NCBI GenBank assembly: GCA_964016885.1
Contig: OZ024746.1
Coordinates: 57,536,001 to 57,600,000 of the forward strand
From: Eledone cirrhosa
Taxonomy: Eukaryota
Direction of reading: 5' to 3'
Length of the DNA stretch: 64,000 bases
Position 1 is the stretch's first letter. The number at the start of each line of letters is the position of its first letter. The notes below the pieces were generated by a model that was not told the origin of the DNA, ran no database searches, and saw only the letters and a program-made list of their open reading frames with translations. Shown here in pieces: positions 13,652 to 27,231 of this stretch. The position numbers and the translations under genes are program-made.

Positions 13652-13961
13652 AGGGCATGGGCAACCTCTTTCGAGAAGCGGGCCGCATGAGATATGTCCC
13701 CTCATCAGACGAGCCGCAAGCCCTAATTTACATTCGTGCCCACATTTAAAAAAAGGGCGGTAACTTAGCTTGTTTTGATTTGCTTCTACAGAATTCGTAG
13801 ACGTTGTTTTCTTCGATCGTAAAAATGATAGAAAGATAAATTACGACTGAAAAGTTGGGGTAATAAAAATCAGAAAGATTTAACTTAGGTGACTTAGGCG
13901 AGCCATGCATATATCATCATGGGTCGCTTGCTGCCCACAGGCCATAGTTTGCCCATGACTG
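13652..13961. mobile_element. hAT (Charlie-like) MITE, ~310 bp
   Basis: Ends AGGGCATGGGCAAC ... GTTTGCCCATGACTG, subterminal GCGGGCCGC-type motifs, imperfect 8-bp flanks TAGTAGTA/TACCAGTA. Confidence 0.65.
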
Positions 13962-14536
13962 TACCAGTAGGACAACAAAGATGACGACGGCCACAACGAC
14001 GTAGCGATGACGAGAACACAACTACTAGTATAGTTATTTTGATTATGAATCATACGGAAATAATTCTATTACTGCGATGTGTATGTACGGTTCATTAGTT
14101 TCATTAACTAGAAAATTATTTCTGGAATATATTCCTAGCTTCTCATGTTTGGTAAACACGCATTACATTTTTTTAATTTTTATGTTTAATATTTCTATTA
14201 CCTTATCAACGTGTTGGTATATCCAATTTATTAGATAGTCAAGTATGAGTTTTGTAGATATTTGTGTTTGTTTTGGAAATTTCTACAAGTTTCATACTTA
14301 ACGAATGATTAGAATAATCATTGCTATAATCCATATATTCAATATTTTAAAAATTCATAAAATTATTTTCGTTGGAATGTTATGAATTATAATTTTCTTG
14401 TTGACCTTCTTTATCTGCGATGTTATAAATGTAGTTTGTGTATTTAATACATGTAAAATTTTAGAATTGAATTTCTTGTTTTTTTTTTACATTTACGCGT
14501 TATATTTATGTATGTATTGTTATGAATGCATATATA

Positions 14537-14641
<105 letters not shown>

Positions 14642-14741
14642 ATATGTATATACATTTATTTATACATACATATACACACATAAAATATAAACATATATAT
14701 TTATACGTACATATATATATATGTATGTATGTATGTATGTG

Positions 14742-14775
<34 letters not shown>

Positions 14776-14938
14776 CATTCATATATACATATGTGTACAC
14801 GCGCGAGTGCACCTCTATGCTTTTCATCACTCTGGACATCGTCAATTTTCTTTAAATATACAGTTGTTATTCAATCAAACGCACAACAATTGTTTAACCA
14901 TTACAATGAGCTCTCTCTATCTCTCTCTATTTCTCTCT

Positions 14939-14981
<43 letters not shown>

Positions 14982-16946
14982 TATATATAAATATATATAT
15001 ATATATGTATATATATTGTGTGTCTACATGTGCATGTATGTATTCATTTGCGTGTGTGTGTAGAGAGGGAGATACCAATGAGATTATGTACATTTATATA
15101 TGTAGCACTAAGAAAATAATTTAATTAACAACGGTCCTAATATAATACGACAGGTGCTTGCAAACTATTAATTCATCTGCCATTCATCCAACAAAGTTAC
15201 TTTCAATTCGGTGCAACGTAATTTTACTTGTATCATATCTCACTGAAAATAGAAATAATTTCTAGATGTTTTTCGTTTACTAAAATAGTGTAAATATTTA
15301 TTATTCGTCGATAGTGTTAGCTAAAGATAGGAAATATTAGCACTTGTAAGACGTTAAAAGTTATAAGTTAACGGGATCTTAGAGAAAATTATAATTCCTG
15401 TTGCGAAAATAGAAACGCATATTCACATATAAAATAAAGGGAAACAGCGAACGAATAAAATAACAGCACAGCAGGCAGCTACCAACTCCAAAACAAAATA
15501 ACGTAACCACTAACAACCAAAATGTTACAAAAAATTACGGAAATAAAAATAAGTTTTAAAGGAACGAAAATCTGACCAAGAAAATATTTTCATTCATTGG
15601 TCTTATATATACTGATAATGTATGCCCATCTCAGCATCTGTACAGTAGAAGGTGGGAAGTGAACGTAGAGATAGATAAGTTGCCTCAAAAAATGTTGCTC
15701 GACTTTTTACCAATTCCAACGTTTCACCCATCTTGGACCTCAGCGGGATTTGATCTTGGAGTGCAGGTATATCAGACAAATACCATGGCATTTCATCCTA
15801 TGTTCTAGCGAATCTGCCAATCCGATACATCTATGGCAATACAAAAAAGAATATATGATTTAATTTACCCGTTTTAAATGAGTAATGTTAATTGTCTCAT
15901 TCTCACAATTAGTGTAGTGATATAAAAAAAATCGTTATTGTAATCAACAATGTTAGAAGCATTTGTAGCAGGAGTCAGGCCGCGTATGTCTTAAAATGGT
16001 AATGATTACTGCTCTAGTTTTCCGCTGATTACGTTAGTCATGAAAAAATAATGAATGAATCAACAATATGATTTGTACTCAGGGTGTATTAACGAGACAT
16101 TAAGTATGAAAAATAAAACCAAAAATGAAATAATTTTAACCGATACTTCTCTGATTCTAATTTAGGCACAACATTAAAAAAATGTTGGCTTAGGGAAAGT
16201 TGATAATATCGAACTTGATACTTTCCTACTACGTATGGTAATGTTAGCCTCCGCTAGATTTCAGATTCACACGTAAAAATCGTATAGCATTTTACTGACA
16301 GCAATTCTTCAAATCTATTGTTCTGAACTAGTAATATTTGCAATACGTGACTTATATTTCGGCATAATTTTGTCCCAGATCTTTACAATTCCGAACTAAT
16401 AGCGCAATAAATAATCTCCGATGCCCTAACGCCAATAGATAACCCTGTATCAGTATGTAATTTTATAGAATCAGGAAGGGTGAAAGACTAGTTTAACTTC
16501 AATCGAATTCGATCTCAGAATATAAAGTGTCGGAACTAATAGCGAAATCCATTTTCTCCGATATCCAAATGAGTTTGCCAATCCACCTTACATTTATTAA
16601 TAATATTTTCCCCGCAATTGATTTCCACCGTTAAATGAATTTATTTTCGTTGTGATGATGAAATATATCCAGAGATCTTTTCAAAATAGAAAAGAAACAA
16701 CAACAACAAATATTATCGTTAGTCAGGAGTATATATTTGATACATTTACAGGAATGGTTATTGCCTAGAATTGAAACACATTTATATACAGTTAATAACT
16801 TAGACGTCTTGGTGCAGAATTAATGTGATAGCGACCTAAATCTGTGAAGGGTCACGGTTCCTGGTTGGTATTCTTTCACAGAGTTCACTAATAACTTTAG
16901 AAATTGTCTGCAGATCACAAAATATTTATGTGCAATATTCTTAGTT

Positions 16947-17004
<58 letters not shown>

Positions 17005-17017
17005 CTGTGTGTGTGTG

Positions 17018-17084
<67 letters not shown>

Positions 17085-17187
17085 TGAGTGTGTGTCCGTA
17101 TTTATATATATATGAATGTATGTTGAGGTATGTATGAATATATACATATGCATATTAACACACGCTGTCAAACACAGACACACATAC

Positions 17188-17258
<71 letters not shown>

Positions 17259-17494
17259 TGTGAGAGTGTATATGTGTATATATAAATGTATGCATGTATG
17301 TATGTATGTAAGTATGTATGTGTTTAAGTACAGTCTCCGACTTTGCAGTTAGCATAGATGGGAACTCTTAACTCGAGAATAATGCAATATATTTATGAAT
17401 GTTTTTTTTTCATCTTCTGCATGGTTAGCGGGATAACGTTCAATTTAGCGAAAACAACACCCAGACAATTATATAATTATATATATATATATAA

Positions 17495-17591
<97 letters not shown>

Positions 17592-17625
17592 CATATATAC
17601 ACACACGCTGCGCGCGAGCGCACAA

Positions 17626-17658
<33 letters not shown>

Positions 17659-18321
17659 AACATCTGTATATGAAGTGAAGTATGGTATGCACATTTAAAC
17701 ACGAACACACACATATACACATAAATTTACACCAACACTCATAAGCCTATATATGTATATATGTGAGTGTGCCTCTCTCCCTCCCCCTCTCTCTCTATCT
17801 CTCTATATGTGTGCATACATCTCTTCATATACAGATGACCTCTCAATATGACTAAACTCGCTGTAATCTGGAATTTTTTTATTAAGAAGAGACCATCAGG
17901 AAATTCAATATGATAAGATGCAATAAACGTTTCTTCTCCATGAGTTACAATTTTGTTTCTCAATATGATAAGCGGTTTTATTGAACGTATATAAATAATA
18001 TTAAAGGAAGAGATTGTCAAATTAAACTATACTACCGAAATGTCACATTTAGTCTATTTGGTAAGACACATTAATTATGAAGGAAATTCATGTACATGCC
18101 TGCTGTGCCGAAATGTTTTCTTGAACAAGTACGTAAATCAGTAAACGGTGATATTTGTAGATAAATGATTTTGGTAGTATGATATGCGACTCGGTTGTAA
18201 TTGCGCAAATTCGATTGTTGGTGGCAATTTTTGTCTTGACTTTTAAAAAAATGAGAAAAAATATTACACAAACACTCACACACACACACCTACGCACACA
18301 CTCTCTCTCTCTCACACACAC

Positions 18322-18351
<30 letters not shown>

Positions 18352-18352
<1 letters not shown>

Positions 18353-18520
18353 ATAGTAATAATAATAAACGTGAAGACTAAAATCCGAAGAGGGCTCGAT
18401 AAGTATAGTATATATTTCAAATATATAAAAACCACAGAGCAAATATTTATTAAAATAACAGATCAAAGTTTAAGCAAAGAATCGCTACATTCACCCTTAA
18501 CGGAATCTTCAGAAGATCAT
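18352..18520 (-). mobile_element. pLTR-like module (family D) in (TA)n with HHR-like CTGAAGA
   Basis: Shares AGTAATAATAATAAAyGTGAAGACTAAAATC and (inverted) TTAAGGGTGAA..AGCGATTCTTTGCTTAAACTT with 37277-37397. Confidence 0.55.
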
Positions 18521-18554
18521 ATATATATATATATTTGTTTATATATATGAAAGC

Positions 18555-19300
18555 ATGTTGGTCGTGGAAGGTCTGGAGATCCTTGGTGATATAGCGTTAA
18601 AAATGGACGGAGGGTGATTAGAATTTTGTTAACATATGTTAGGTTCATAATTGTTATAGAAGACTTTTAACAGATCGGAATTTTGTAGTGCAGTTACGTC
18701 AAGGACGTTGGTGCCATTACAATTGTGTTCAAATGATAATTTTAAACACATTCAATTAAAAAAATCTGATTTCTTTTCTTCTAAATTCTAGCTGTTGTCC
18801 GTTGACATTATTGCCTAGTAGGAGAATACCGTCAGCATAAATTCCACCGTGAAGATCCGTAAATTCTAGACTAAGTTAATGAGATATATAAATACCAACT
18901 AGGTGCGGAATATGAGCCGAATCATTGGATCCCATGATTATATTTAATTATAATTAGGTGTGCAATATTGATTTTCGAATTTCATTACTGAACGCCTAGC
19001 TGTTATTTCTGTTCCGGTTTCTCCCCTAATTTTACCAATGTTTTTCATTGGCATATATAGGCCTTATTGTAGAGAACGGAAAATCCATGAATAAAAATCA
19101 TCGGTGTTTGCGGAGATGGATTTTGATGTAGATTGTATCATAACCTTGTAAACCAGTCGATTACAACCTTGGTATTTCCCCAGATTTTAATTTGCAGTCT
19201 ATACTTTAGCTGATTCAATATCTATCCAATATATGTTTCCTTATAAGTCGAAATCAGAGATTTAGAAGTAAAATTAAGTCTACTCGTTGGGTTAGTTTAA
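18555..19300 (-). pseudogene. Decayed PLE reverse transcriptase fragment, missed by the ORF track
   Basis: Manual minus-strand translation: 'KIWGNTKVVIDWF', 'MGSNDSAHIPHLVGIYISH*LSLEFTDLHGGIYADGILLL', 'SNHPPSIFNAIS'. Collinear with the RT at 23426-24200. Confidence 0.85.
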
Positions 19301-19621
19301 GAGATGTTTTAAACGTTAAATATAAATTATCTAGGTTCTAACAGTTATGTGCGGTCCACTAATCCTAATCAAGTTGCTAACGTAAGCCCTTCGTTGTTGA
19401 TATTCTGGAGGATTCACGTATATACGATTCCATAATACTTATGTAATTCCTTAAATAGGAAATTCTTATAAGTGCTAAAGATGATTGAATAAATGACACC
19501 AGTTTTGAGGTCGCGGAAATGTATAACATTGGCATTGATTAATTTGAAGATTATTGATTGAAGATACTCCTAGAAATAGCTCAGGTGTTTATGTTTGTGG
19601 AACATTATTTTGTTCAGTATC

Positions 19622-20000
19622 AAGGGCGGTGAATTGGCAGTATCGGTAGAGGGTTGGACGCCATGCTTTCTAGCATAGTTACGTCCCTTACAGTCTGAGT
19701 TCAAATCCCGCCGAGGTTAACTTTGCCTTTCATCCTTACGGGGTCGATAAAATAAAGTACCAGTAATGTACTGGGTAATTGCTGGCCTTGTGCCAAAAGT
19801 AGAAACAATTATTTTGTTAAACAAGGGTGGTGTGTTAGCAGTATCGGTAGAGAGTTAGACACTATGCTTTTCAGCATAGATTTATGGCCCTTTACTTCCA
19901 AATCCCGCCGAGATTAACTTTGCCTCTCGTCCGTAAATAAAGTACCAGTAATGCAGTGGCATTATTGCTAGCCTTGTGCCAAAAGTAGATACAATTATTT
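19622..20000 (+). mobile_element. Two tandem tRNA-derived SINE copies (19622-19812, 19822-20000)
   Basis: A-box-like TGGCAGTATCGG, B box GAGTTCAAATCC, Nin-like core GCCTTTCATCCTT..GGGGTCGATAAAATAAAGTACC, shared 3' end GCCTTGTGCCAAAAGTAGA. Confidence 0.85.
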
Positions 20001-21222
20001 TGTTATACACATGCATCACTTTCAATGGTATTGGCATGCGTGTTGTGTAGTGGGTTCTTGTTAGCTTTAAATCCGTATTTGTCATATTGATTAGGGTTAC
20101 AACTGGTATTCATGTGAGCTGTTTGTTTCTCGAAGTAGTGATTTTTATGTTAAATTGCAAAATTCTATACAGATGTGTTATTAGAGTTTGGTAGATTCCT
20201 CTTTGGCTCAACTGTTTGGGAGCTGTAATATCAGGAATATATTTCAGATTCAGCTTTTTGTAATCAGTTCCCAGTCATTGCATTGACGGGTCGATGCACA
20301 TATACAAAAATGACACGGCGACATATCGGTCCATTTATTTTTTTCAACTTAAACAATTGGCGTGGGTACCTCTAAAAATGTGTAATACCAGCTTTCATAC
20401 CAAATGATATAATTAGATACGAAATGGGTAAAGAACTATATCTTAAATATGCAGAAGAAAAATTAATATGCTGATTTTCTAGTCATTATTTATTAAAAAC
20501 AGGAAAGTATTTCACGTGTGTGTATGCGTTTCATACCGGCCTGTGAAATCTACGTTATTACAAAATACATTATGCAACACTGCTCAATAGTATTTAACAT
20601 TTGTCTTCAGAGAAAGTTCAGGGGAAAATTATGCTAAATGTGTGTAGTCTGGCGTAATAGAATATCTTACATACCAAAAAACATCACCAACAATACACAT
20701 ATAAAGTAGATCCTGCATGAACCTTCCTTTATGGGCATACACATGCGAATATCTATGTACACTATCACTTGTACTTGTCACCAGGCATGTAAACACACAA
20801 TAGCAGTGTAGCGCCTAGTTGAAATGGTAATGTACTAGTGAATGGTGTACATATATCGTTAAGCTTGAGGGAGTAGGAATGTTGGGATAAACAATATAAA
20901 AATTGGTGTTAGATTATTAATGCATGTTGTAGGTGTGCAGCAAACTGGTTTGTATTTGGCCAATTAGTGGTGACATAATAAACAACATTGAAGAATTAAT
21001 AGGGAGAGGTTATTCAAATAGTGTACAAAAAGAAGTGTTATGGGTAAGGAAGTGTGATATAAGCGGAAGGGCTTAAAACAATATTAAGATAGAATAATTT
21101 ATGGGCTCTGAAGTGTAGAAAAGGATTATTATTGTATATATATATATACTATATATACACAATCAGCTACAATAGTATTATATAGAGATACCTAAGTTTC
21201 GTTCGGCTTAACGTCGATTCAT

Positions 21223-21271
<49 letters not shown>

Positions 21272-21406
21272 ATTGTGTATGTGTGTTTATCGGAATATGG
21301 CCAGTTCAAAATTGGTTAGGGCATTCATCAACATTCGATTGGTGGATTAGTTGAGACTGCTACTAGATTTTTGAAACGGCAAGGGCTCAGCTGTCGGGCC
21401 CCGAAT

Positions 21407-21435
<29 letters not shown>

Positions 21436-21437
<2 letters not shown>

Positions 21438-21619
21438 GGAGTAAGTAAGACCCCGACGGCTGAGCTCAAGCCGTTTCGACGGCTAATTCTGTACGTCGAA
21501 ACGGCTTGAGCTCAGCCGTCGGGGTCTTACTTACTCCTATTACCCACTCTACTACCCTAAGTATTGAGTACTTTGGTGCGTTATGGTCCACCTGGTTCCT
21601 TACCACTTTTCCCTCGCTA
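21436..21619 (+). mobile_element. Family-A fold-back pLTR mini-element in (TA)n
   Basis: TAGGAGTAAGTAAGACCCC..TTTCGAC is mirrored exactly across a ~14-nt loop. The long arm ends CCCTCGCTA. Confidence 0.9.
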
Positions 21620-21689
21620 TATATATATATATTCATATATATATATGAATCGGGACCCGACAGCTGAGCCTTTATATATATATATATAT

Positions 21690-24210
21690 AAAAGAGAAAA
21701 TACAGGTAAACATTAAGAGAAGGATTGTATCCAGGTATTTACGACCGTTTCATTGGTAAGTGCAAACTTATATTGCTATACTGCAAATAGCAGCCATTCA
21801 ATTATAATTGTTGTTCACAGACCACATTTTCAAAATAGTGAGTAAGTTACTCTTGAAATAGTTCTTAATATATAGAGAAAAACATTTTTTTGGAATTGTA
21901 TTTAGTAGTATAGAGAGAGAGGAATTAGAGGTGAGGGGACAAGCGGAATAGTATAGAGAGAGAGGAAGGGGGTGGAATAAGGAAGTAGAGTGACAACTGA
22001 GATGGAGGGCGGGGTAGAGGTGGAAGGATTCCTTGATCAGTTTTGATATGTAGACTTCATATCGTGGAATATAGTGAGTTAAAGAGAATTAAATTGATCA
22101 TAGTGGGAGGGATGGATAGAGAGAGAGAGGGGGGGGGGAGATATAAAGAGATAAATAAATATATAAAAAATAAAGATAAATATAATAATGACAAAATAAA
22201 AGCAAAGGAGGCGGGAGAAAGAAGAAAAGAAAAGATAGCCAAAAAGGGGAGGGAAGGAAGGAAGAAAACGAAGAAATAGAAGTGGAATGAAGGAGAAGGG
22301 AGGGATATAGGTAGTGGTTTTTATGGGGAATTAAAAGGGTTTAGATACACCAAGCGGGTATAAAGTCTAAGTATATTCAGTTTGTCAGTTGGTAGTAAGA
22401 GGTTAAGGGTTCGATTTGCACTTGTAGTGTGAAAACTTCTCTTTGAGTCTATGGTTACAATAAATTGATCTTTCGATTTTATTGTTTAGTAACTTATTCT
22501 TCGAACTCAAAATGTGGAACAGCTCAAGGTCACATAATCGACAGTTTCTCATACCACTTCGATATGGGGGCGCGTTCGATAATGTTTGCCACTTGCGGGT
22601 GTATTGATGGTTACTTTCCCTCAGTTGCCAGGTCTTGTTTGCAAGGGTAGGTACATAACAATGCTGGGAATGTTTCATTGCGTAACGGTGTGTATACCAA
22701 CGGGCTTTAAATGTATTCCCAGTCCCTCCGATGTGATACCATTTCTGGTTGTCTGATTCCACTGTACATTGGTAAACCAGGTTAGACGGCATACATTCAT
22801 TATTTAATGGACAGGTTTCAGGTAGGTGGCAGTTACAATTCTTGTCATGGGCAACTTTGGCATTATTGGTGGGCTGCGGTGCCTGTACAAGTGTGTTACC
22901 TTTTGTTTGCCTATTAGAGGGTGGTTGTGTATTAGATATTCTGTTGTGTTCAATGGTGATTGTATTGTTATTGTTGTAAATTTGTGTTCTGATGTTGTTA
23001 TGTATCTTTTTAGCGTTAAGCATCTTAATGTGTGCCTCTATATTTGGTGACGTGGAGTAAGATAGTCTAATAGATTTAGTGTTAAGGATTTTGCTGTATC
23101 TATGTGAATCAGGAAAGTGCTTATTTATTATTCTAAAGAAGGTAGAGGGTAGGTTAGTACTAATAGAGGTGTTAAATATGGGGTTATACCAAATATATTT
23201 TCTACTGCGTGACGTGTTTGATTTCGATGTTGTATTTCTATTTACCGTATACATTGTAGCTCTATGCGTAAGTGCGTGTGTGCGTGTGTTTCTGGAGCTT
23301 GTGTTATGCGTGTTCGTTAGCGCTTTGCGGAGGCTTTCATCTATATATTCTACTCTATCTAAGTGGCCTGCCTTGTCTAATGCGGTATTGTAGTATTCTG
23401 CATGTTCCTCGAAGATTTGTCGGTTTTACGAGAGGCGGGAGATCCTAAGGGATATGCTGCGTGGAATGGATTTAATAATGGATAGTGAGTGGTTTGAGTT
23501 ACAGTTGATGTATGCTAAGTTTTCATTAATCTTGTGAAAAGGTCTTATAAATCCCGTATTTAGGTTAAGCATCGCGTCTAGAAAGCTAACTGTTTTAGTG
23601 CTATACTCATACGTTTTGCTAAGGCCTAGTTTCCCGAGAGTCTTTCTAATATTCTTACGGAGTCTTTCTATGCTCTGGTTATTTAGGTTCTTAACTAGGA
23701 GAAGGGCGTCGTCTCTGTAGATTCCAACGTGAAGGTCGCTAAACTCACTCTGTAAACTATGGGCTATGTAAATACCTACTAAATCTGTGACTTGAGCCGA
23801 GTCGATAGACCCCAACGTGAAGTCAAAGTGATTTAATCTATCCTTACGCTCCCAATAGGCGTTTTCAAATTTAATTATTCTTTTCCTAGTAGCTAATATG
23901 ATTTTCATCCCGTCGTCTGTTAGGTCAGAATTGGCTTTGGTGAATGCTAAGGCTTTATCCAAGGTTTTGGGGGATATAGAGGAGTGATAGTCGTTAATGT
24001 CAAATTGTATAAATTTAGATACTTTTTTGTTAGCTATATTGTTAAATCACTTAATTGTTTCGGTAGCGTTACCCCATAGTTTAATCACAAGTTTATTCTT
24101 CATTTGTGCTATCACTCTGTCTAATATATGTTTACTAATTTTCCCGATGTCCGATTTGGACGGGCATATAAGACTAATTGTGGGGTTATAATCAAAGTTT
24201 ACCTGTATTT
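21690..24210 (-). mobile_element. Penelope-like element (RT + CxCx5C linker + GIY-YIG), 5'-truncated
   Basis: ORFs 23426..23962 and 22403..23254, purine-rich (+) 3' region, and a possible decayed HHR (GAAACGGTCGTA on minus near 21740-21751) next to a TA run. Confidence 0.92.
22403..24200 (-). pseudogene. PLE polyprotein remnant: RT (YRDD) and C-terminal GIY-YIG endonuclease
   Basis: 'LGSIDSA..LVGIY..GIYRDDALLL', 'VSFLD', 'SNH', 'WYNP', 'CNCHLPETCPLNNEC', 'LVYQC..WYHIGGT..FKARWYTH', 'CRLCDLE..LLNN'. Interrupted by stops. Confidence 0.92.
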
Positions 24211-24441
24211 TCTCTTTTATACTTTATACTCCAAGATTGAACGGAATACTTACAAACTTGTGGAGTTTCCCCTAACCGTACGTTGAAACCATCCATAAAA
24301 CTGGCTTTCTTAACCACGAACTGGAACACAATAAGCAAGTTTCTGCTTCCCTAACTATATATATATATATATATATGATGAGGGACTAATTTTATAATAT
24401 GTAATCCATGTGCAACCATGCAGTATTCTTCTCCCCTTGTT

Positions 24442-24477
<36 letters not shown>

Positions 24478-25039
24478 GCATATACTGAAATATGTGTTTG
24501 TGTAGGTATGCTAGTCTCGCGTTCATGTATATAGCTACAGTTTATTTTCTTCTACTGATATATTGGTAGGAACATAAGCTTAATTATGACAAAGTTAGCG
24601 ATTGAACTATATCACAATTCACCAAGTAAATGTTACAGCAGCTGGCAGGCAAATTTAATGATACAGACAAACAGATGTCTCATCAAATAAACACATCATA
24701 TTTCTAGACGCCGTTTATGTGACTTTAAAAACGCAACAAAGAACAATAACATTAAGAGGTACATATATTATTTATTTTACGTTTACTCCAATAACTAAGT
24801 AACATATTTTATAAGGTATCAACGTAAATTGTTTTAGCATATGTCTGCTTTTGTTAGGTTTAAAGAATATAAAATCAACTCAATACAGCATTGTGTTAAT
24901 ATCTACATAACCATAAACATAAACTCATTGAAATGATAGAGCACGTTTGTGCGTTTGCGAAAACACCTTTACATATAGATATGTATGAAGAGGAGTGTAT
25001 TTCTGTGATACCATATGTGACTGATTTGTGAGAGAACTG

Positions 25040-25130
25040 GATTCGCAATCGTGAGGTTGACAGTTCGATTCCTGGACCGGGCGATGAGTTATGTCCTTGA
25101 GCAAGACACTTTATTTCACGCTGCTCCTTC
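25040..25130 (+). mobile_element. tRNA-derived SINE fragment (second family)
   Basis: B box AGTTCGATTCC followed by TGTCCTTGAGCAAGACACTT (CORE/V-SINE-like block). Confidence 0.7.
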
Positions 25131-25339
25131 TACCCGTAGTTGCGACCGATAGATAATATTACCAATTGGAAATACCGACGGAAACATTGTTTCCTCGGTC
25201 CGATTTGATGAAAGTTGAATTACAAATTTAATTTATTCATTAATATATATATGAATGTATGTATAGTATATTTGGCAATATACAATATGTTTAATTAAAT
25301 ATATATGTATGTATATATATGTATATATATATAGATGTA

Positions 25340-26181
25340 TAAATTAATAAAATAATGAATAAACAAAGAAACAGTTCCTTATATTAAAAATATTCATCAT
25401 TTTACGATCGTTTCTAGGATATATATGTGTTAGAGTTGGTATGCATATTCTATAGATCTATGTACAATATTTATACAAACTATCAGAGGGAATATATATA
25501 CCTACACATATATATGCTGTCTTCAGAAAAAATGATATTTGTTTATTGAAAAAAACAAAGATTCAATACAATATGTCCGTTTGGGAACAGGTTTTGAATT
25601 GACCAATAGAGAGATAGTGAGGGTCCAGATAGTAATATAGTAGTAGAAGAACTTTAAATTATGGGTAGAGGAAGGTATATTTCAGTTTTGGATGGAAAAG
25701 AATATTATGAATGAAGGATTATTTTAGGGAAGAAAATAGGTCGTATGCTGACCTCAGAAATAATTTTATTTGTTCATTGAATAAAACCAACAAAGATCTA
25801 ATATATTCTGTCTGTTTGGTAAGAGGTTTAGAATTAACCAATAGAAAGTTAATAACTGGCCAAATGGTAAAATAGTAGTAATTGAAGCTTATTTTAGGGG
25901 TGAAAATAGGTCAGGTGGTCAGTAAAAGGTATACAAGCAGTTGATGTTATAAAACAGTAATACCAATGCAAATATCTAAGGAGACTAAAGTTTTACGATA
26001 AGAGTATTAGTGAAAAAAATACATCTATGAAATGAATATAAATTAATTTAATTGAAGGGTATATTTATATTGCTAAAATTATACTAATACATATAGATAT
26101 GATAAATAAGAGTTAGATGCAGTTGAAAAGTGCTGTTAAAGATGAGGGGAAATTAAAAGAATGTAAAAATAGTATATATGC

Positions 26182-26255
<74 letters not shown>

Positions 26256-26276
26256 ACACATTCACATACACACATA

Positions 26277-26354
<78 letters not shown>

Positions 26355-26970
26355 CATGCATATATACATACATACATATATATATACACACACATACACA
26401 CTTACATATACATATAATTATTGGGGGGGGGGGAATTAAGTTTATTAGTGGGAAATAATAAATATATATAGTTTTCAAGGAACATAGAGTCATAACCTGA
26501 AGTTAAAGTATTATATATGTTTACTTAATGGTATCAGTTTTAGGAAATGATAGTTGTAAGAAGGAAAGCAAACTTATGTAGTTCATCAGTAGTAGAATAT
26601 TAACTATAGGTTAACTAAATTAAAAATAGTTTATATATTAATTTCTAAAGTGTATATTAATTAGGTTTATAATATTTAAAGGTTTTTTCTCAGTTTATGA
26701 TTACACGATATTATTAATTCCTGTAGCTTATTTAATAGTATATCCTTAGATTTCATTATTTCAAAAAGTTCTTGGCAACATAATCTACATTCATATCTAC
26801 TATTTTGATAAGGGGTGGCCCTTTTGAGCACACTCCAGGTCAGGACATAATCTATATTCTTCTTTCTATAACTATTAATTATTTCAGCTAGAGATGTTGT
26901 ATTAGCTAGTGCGGCATTTTTAAAACTATATTGGACACTACCGTAAACTTTTGGTAGATTTATCTACACA
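25340..26970 (-). mobile_element. PLE 3' fragment (family E): GIY-YIG C-terminus, 3' region interrupted by a microsatellite, pLTR with HHR
   Basis: Manual translation of ~26680-26935(-): 'YSFKNAALANTTSLA..NIDYVLTWSVLKRATPY..CRLCCQELFEI..LLNKLQE..CNH'. 25340-25600 is homologous to 39662-39935. Confidence 0.85.
25396..25536 (-). ncRNA. Type I hammerhead ribozyme with long stem II
   Basis: Minus strand: ATCATTTTTT-CTGAAGA-..ATATATATGTG...CACATATATAT..-GAAACGATCGTA-AAATGAT. GUA triplet, palindromic stem III. Base of stem II imperfect. Confidence 0.75.
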
Positions 26971-27021
<51 letters not shown>

Positions 27022-27023
<2 letters not shown>

Positions 27024-27132
27024 CAAGAGGTCAAATCATATGTGGGTATGGCGTAGCGCAGTTTTAAAGAACGCTTCCTGAATCATAAGTCGACATTCAG
27101 ACACCCGGACAAACGATCTTCTACGAAACTCG

Positions 27133-27135
<3 letters not shown>
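27022..27135 (+). pseudogene. Isolated PLE GIY-YIG fragment between (TA)n runs
   Basis: Reads '[36 protein letters not shown]'. Confidence 0.85.

Positions 27136-27231
<96 letters not shown>

Noticed and set aside
15603-15840. Possible minus-strand exon with a good acceptor
   Set aside because: Stops in the frames after the acceptor and no recognisable domain. Part resembles a SINE B-box region.
19622-19720. tRNA gene
   Set aside because: A/B boxes are present but there is no cloverleaf, and it continues into a repeated SINE body.
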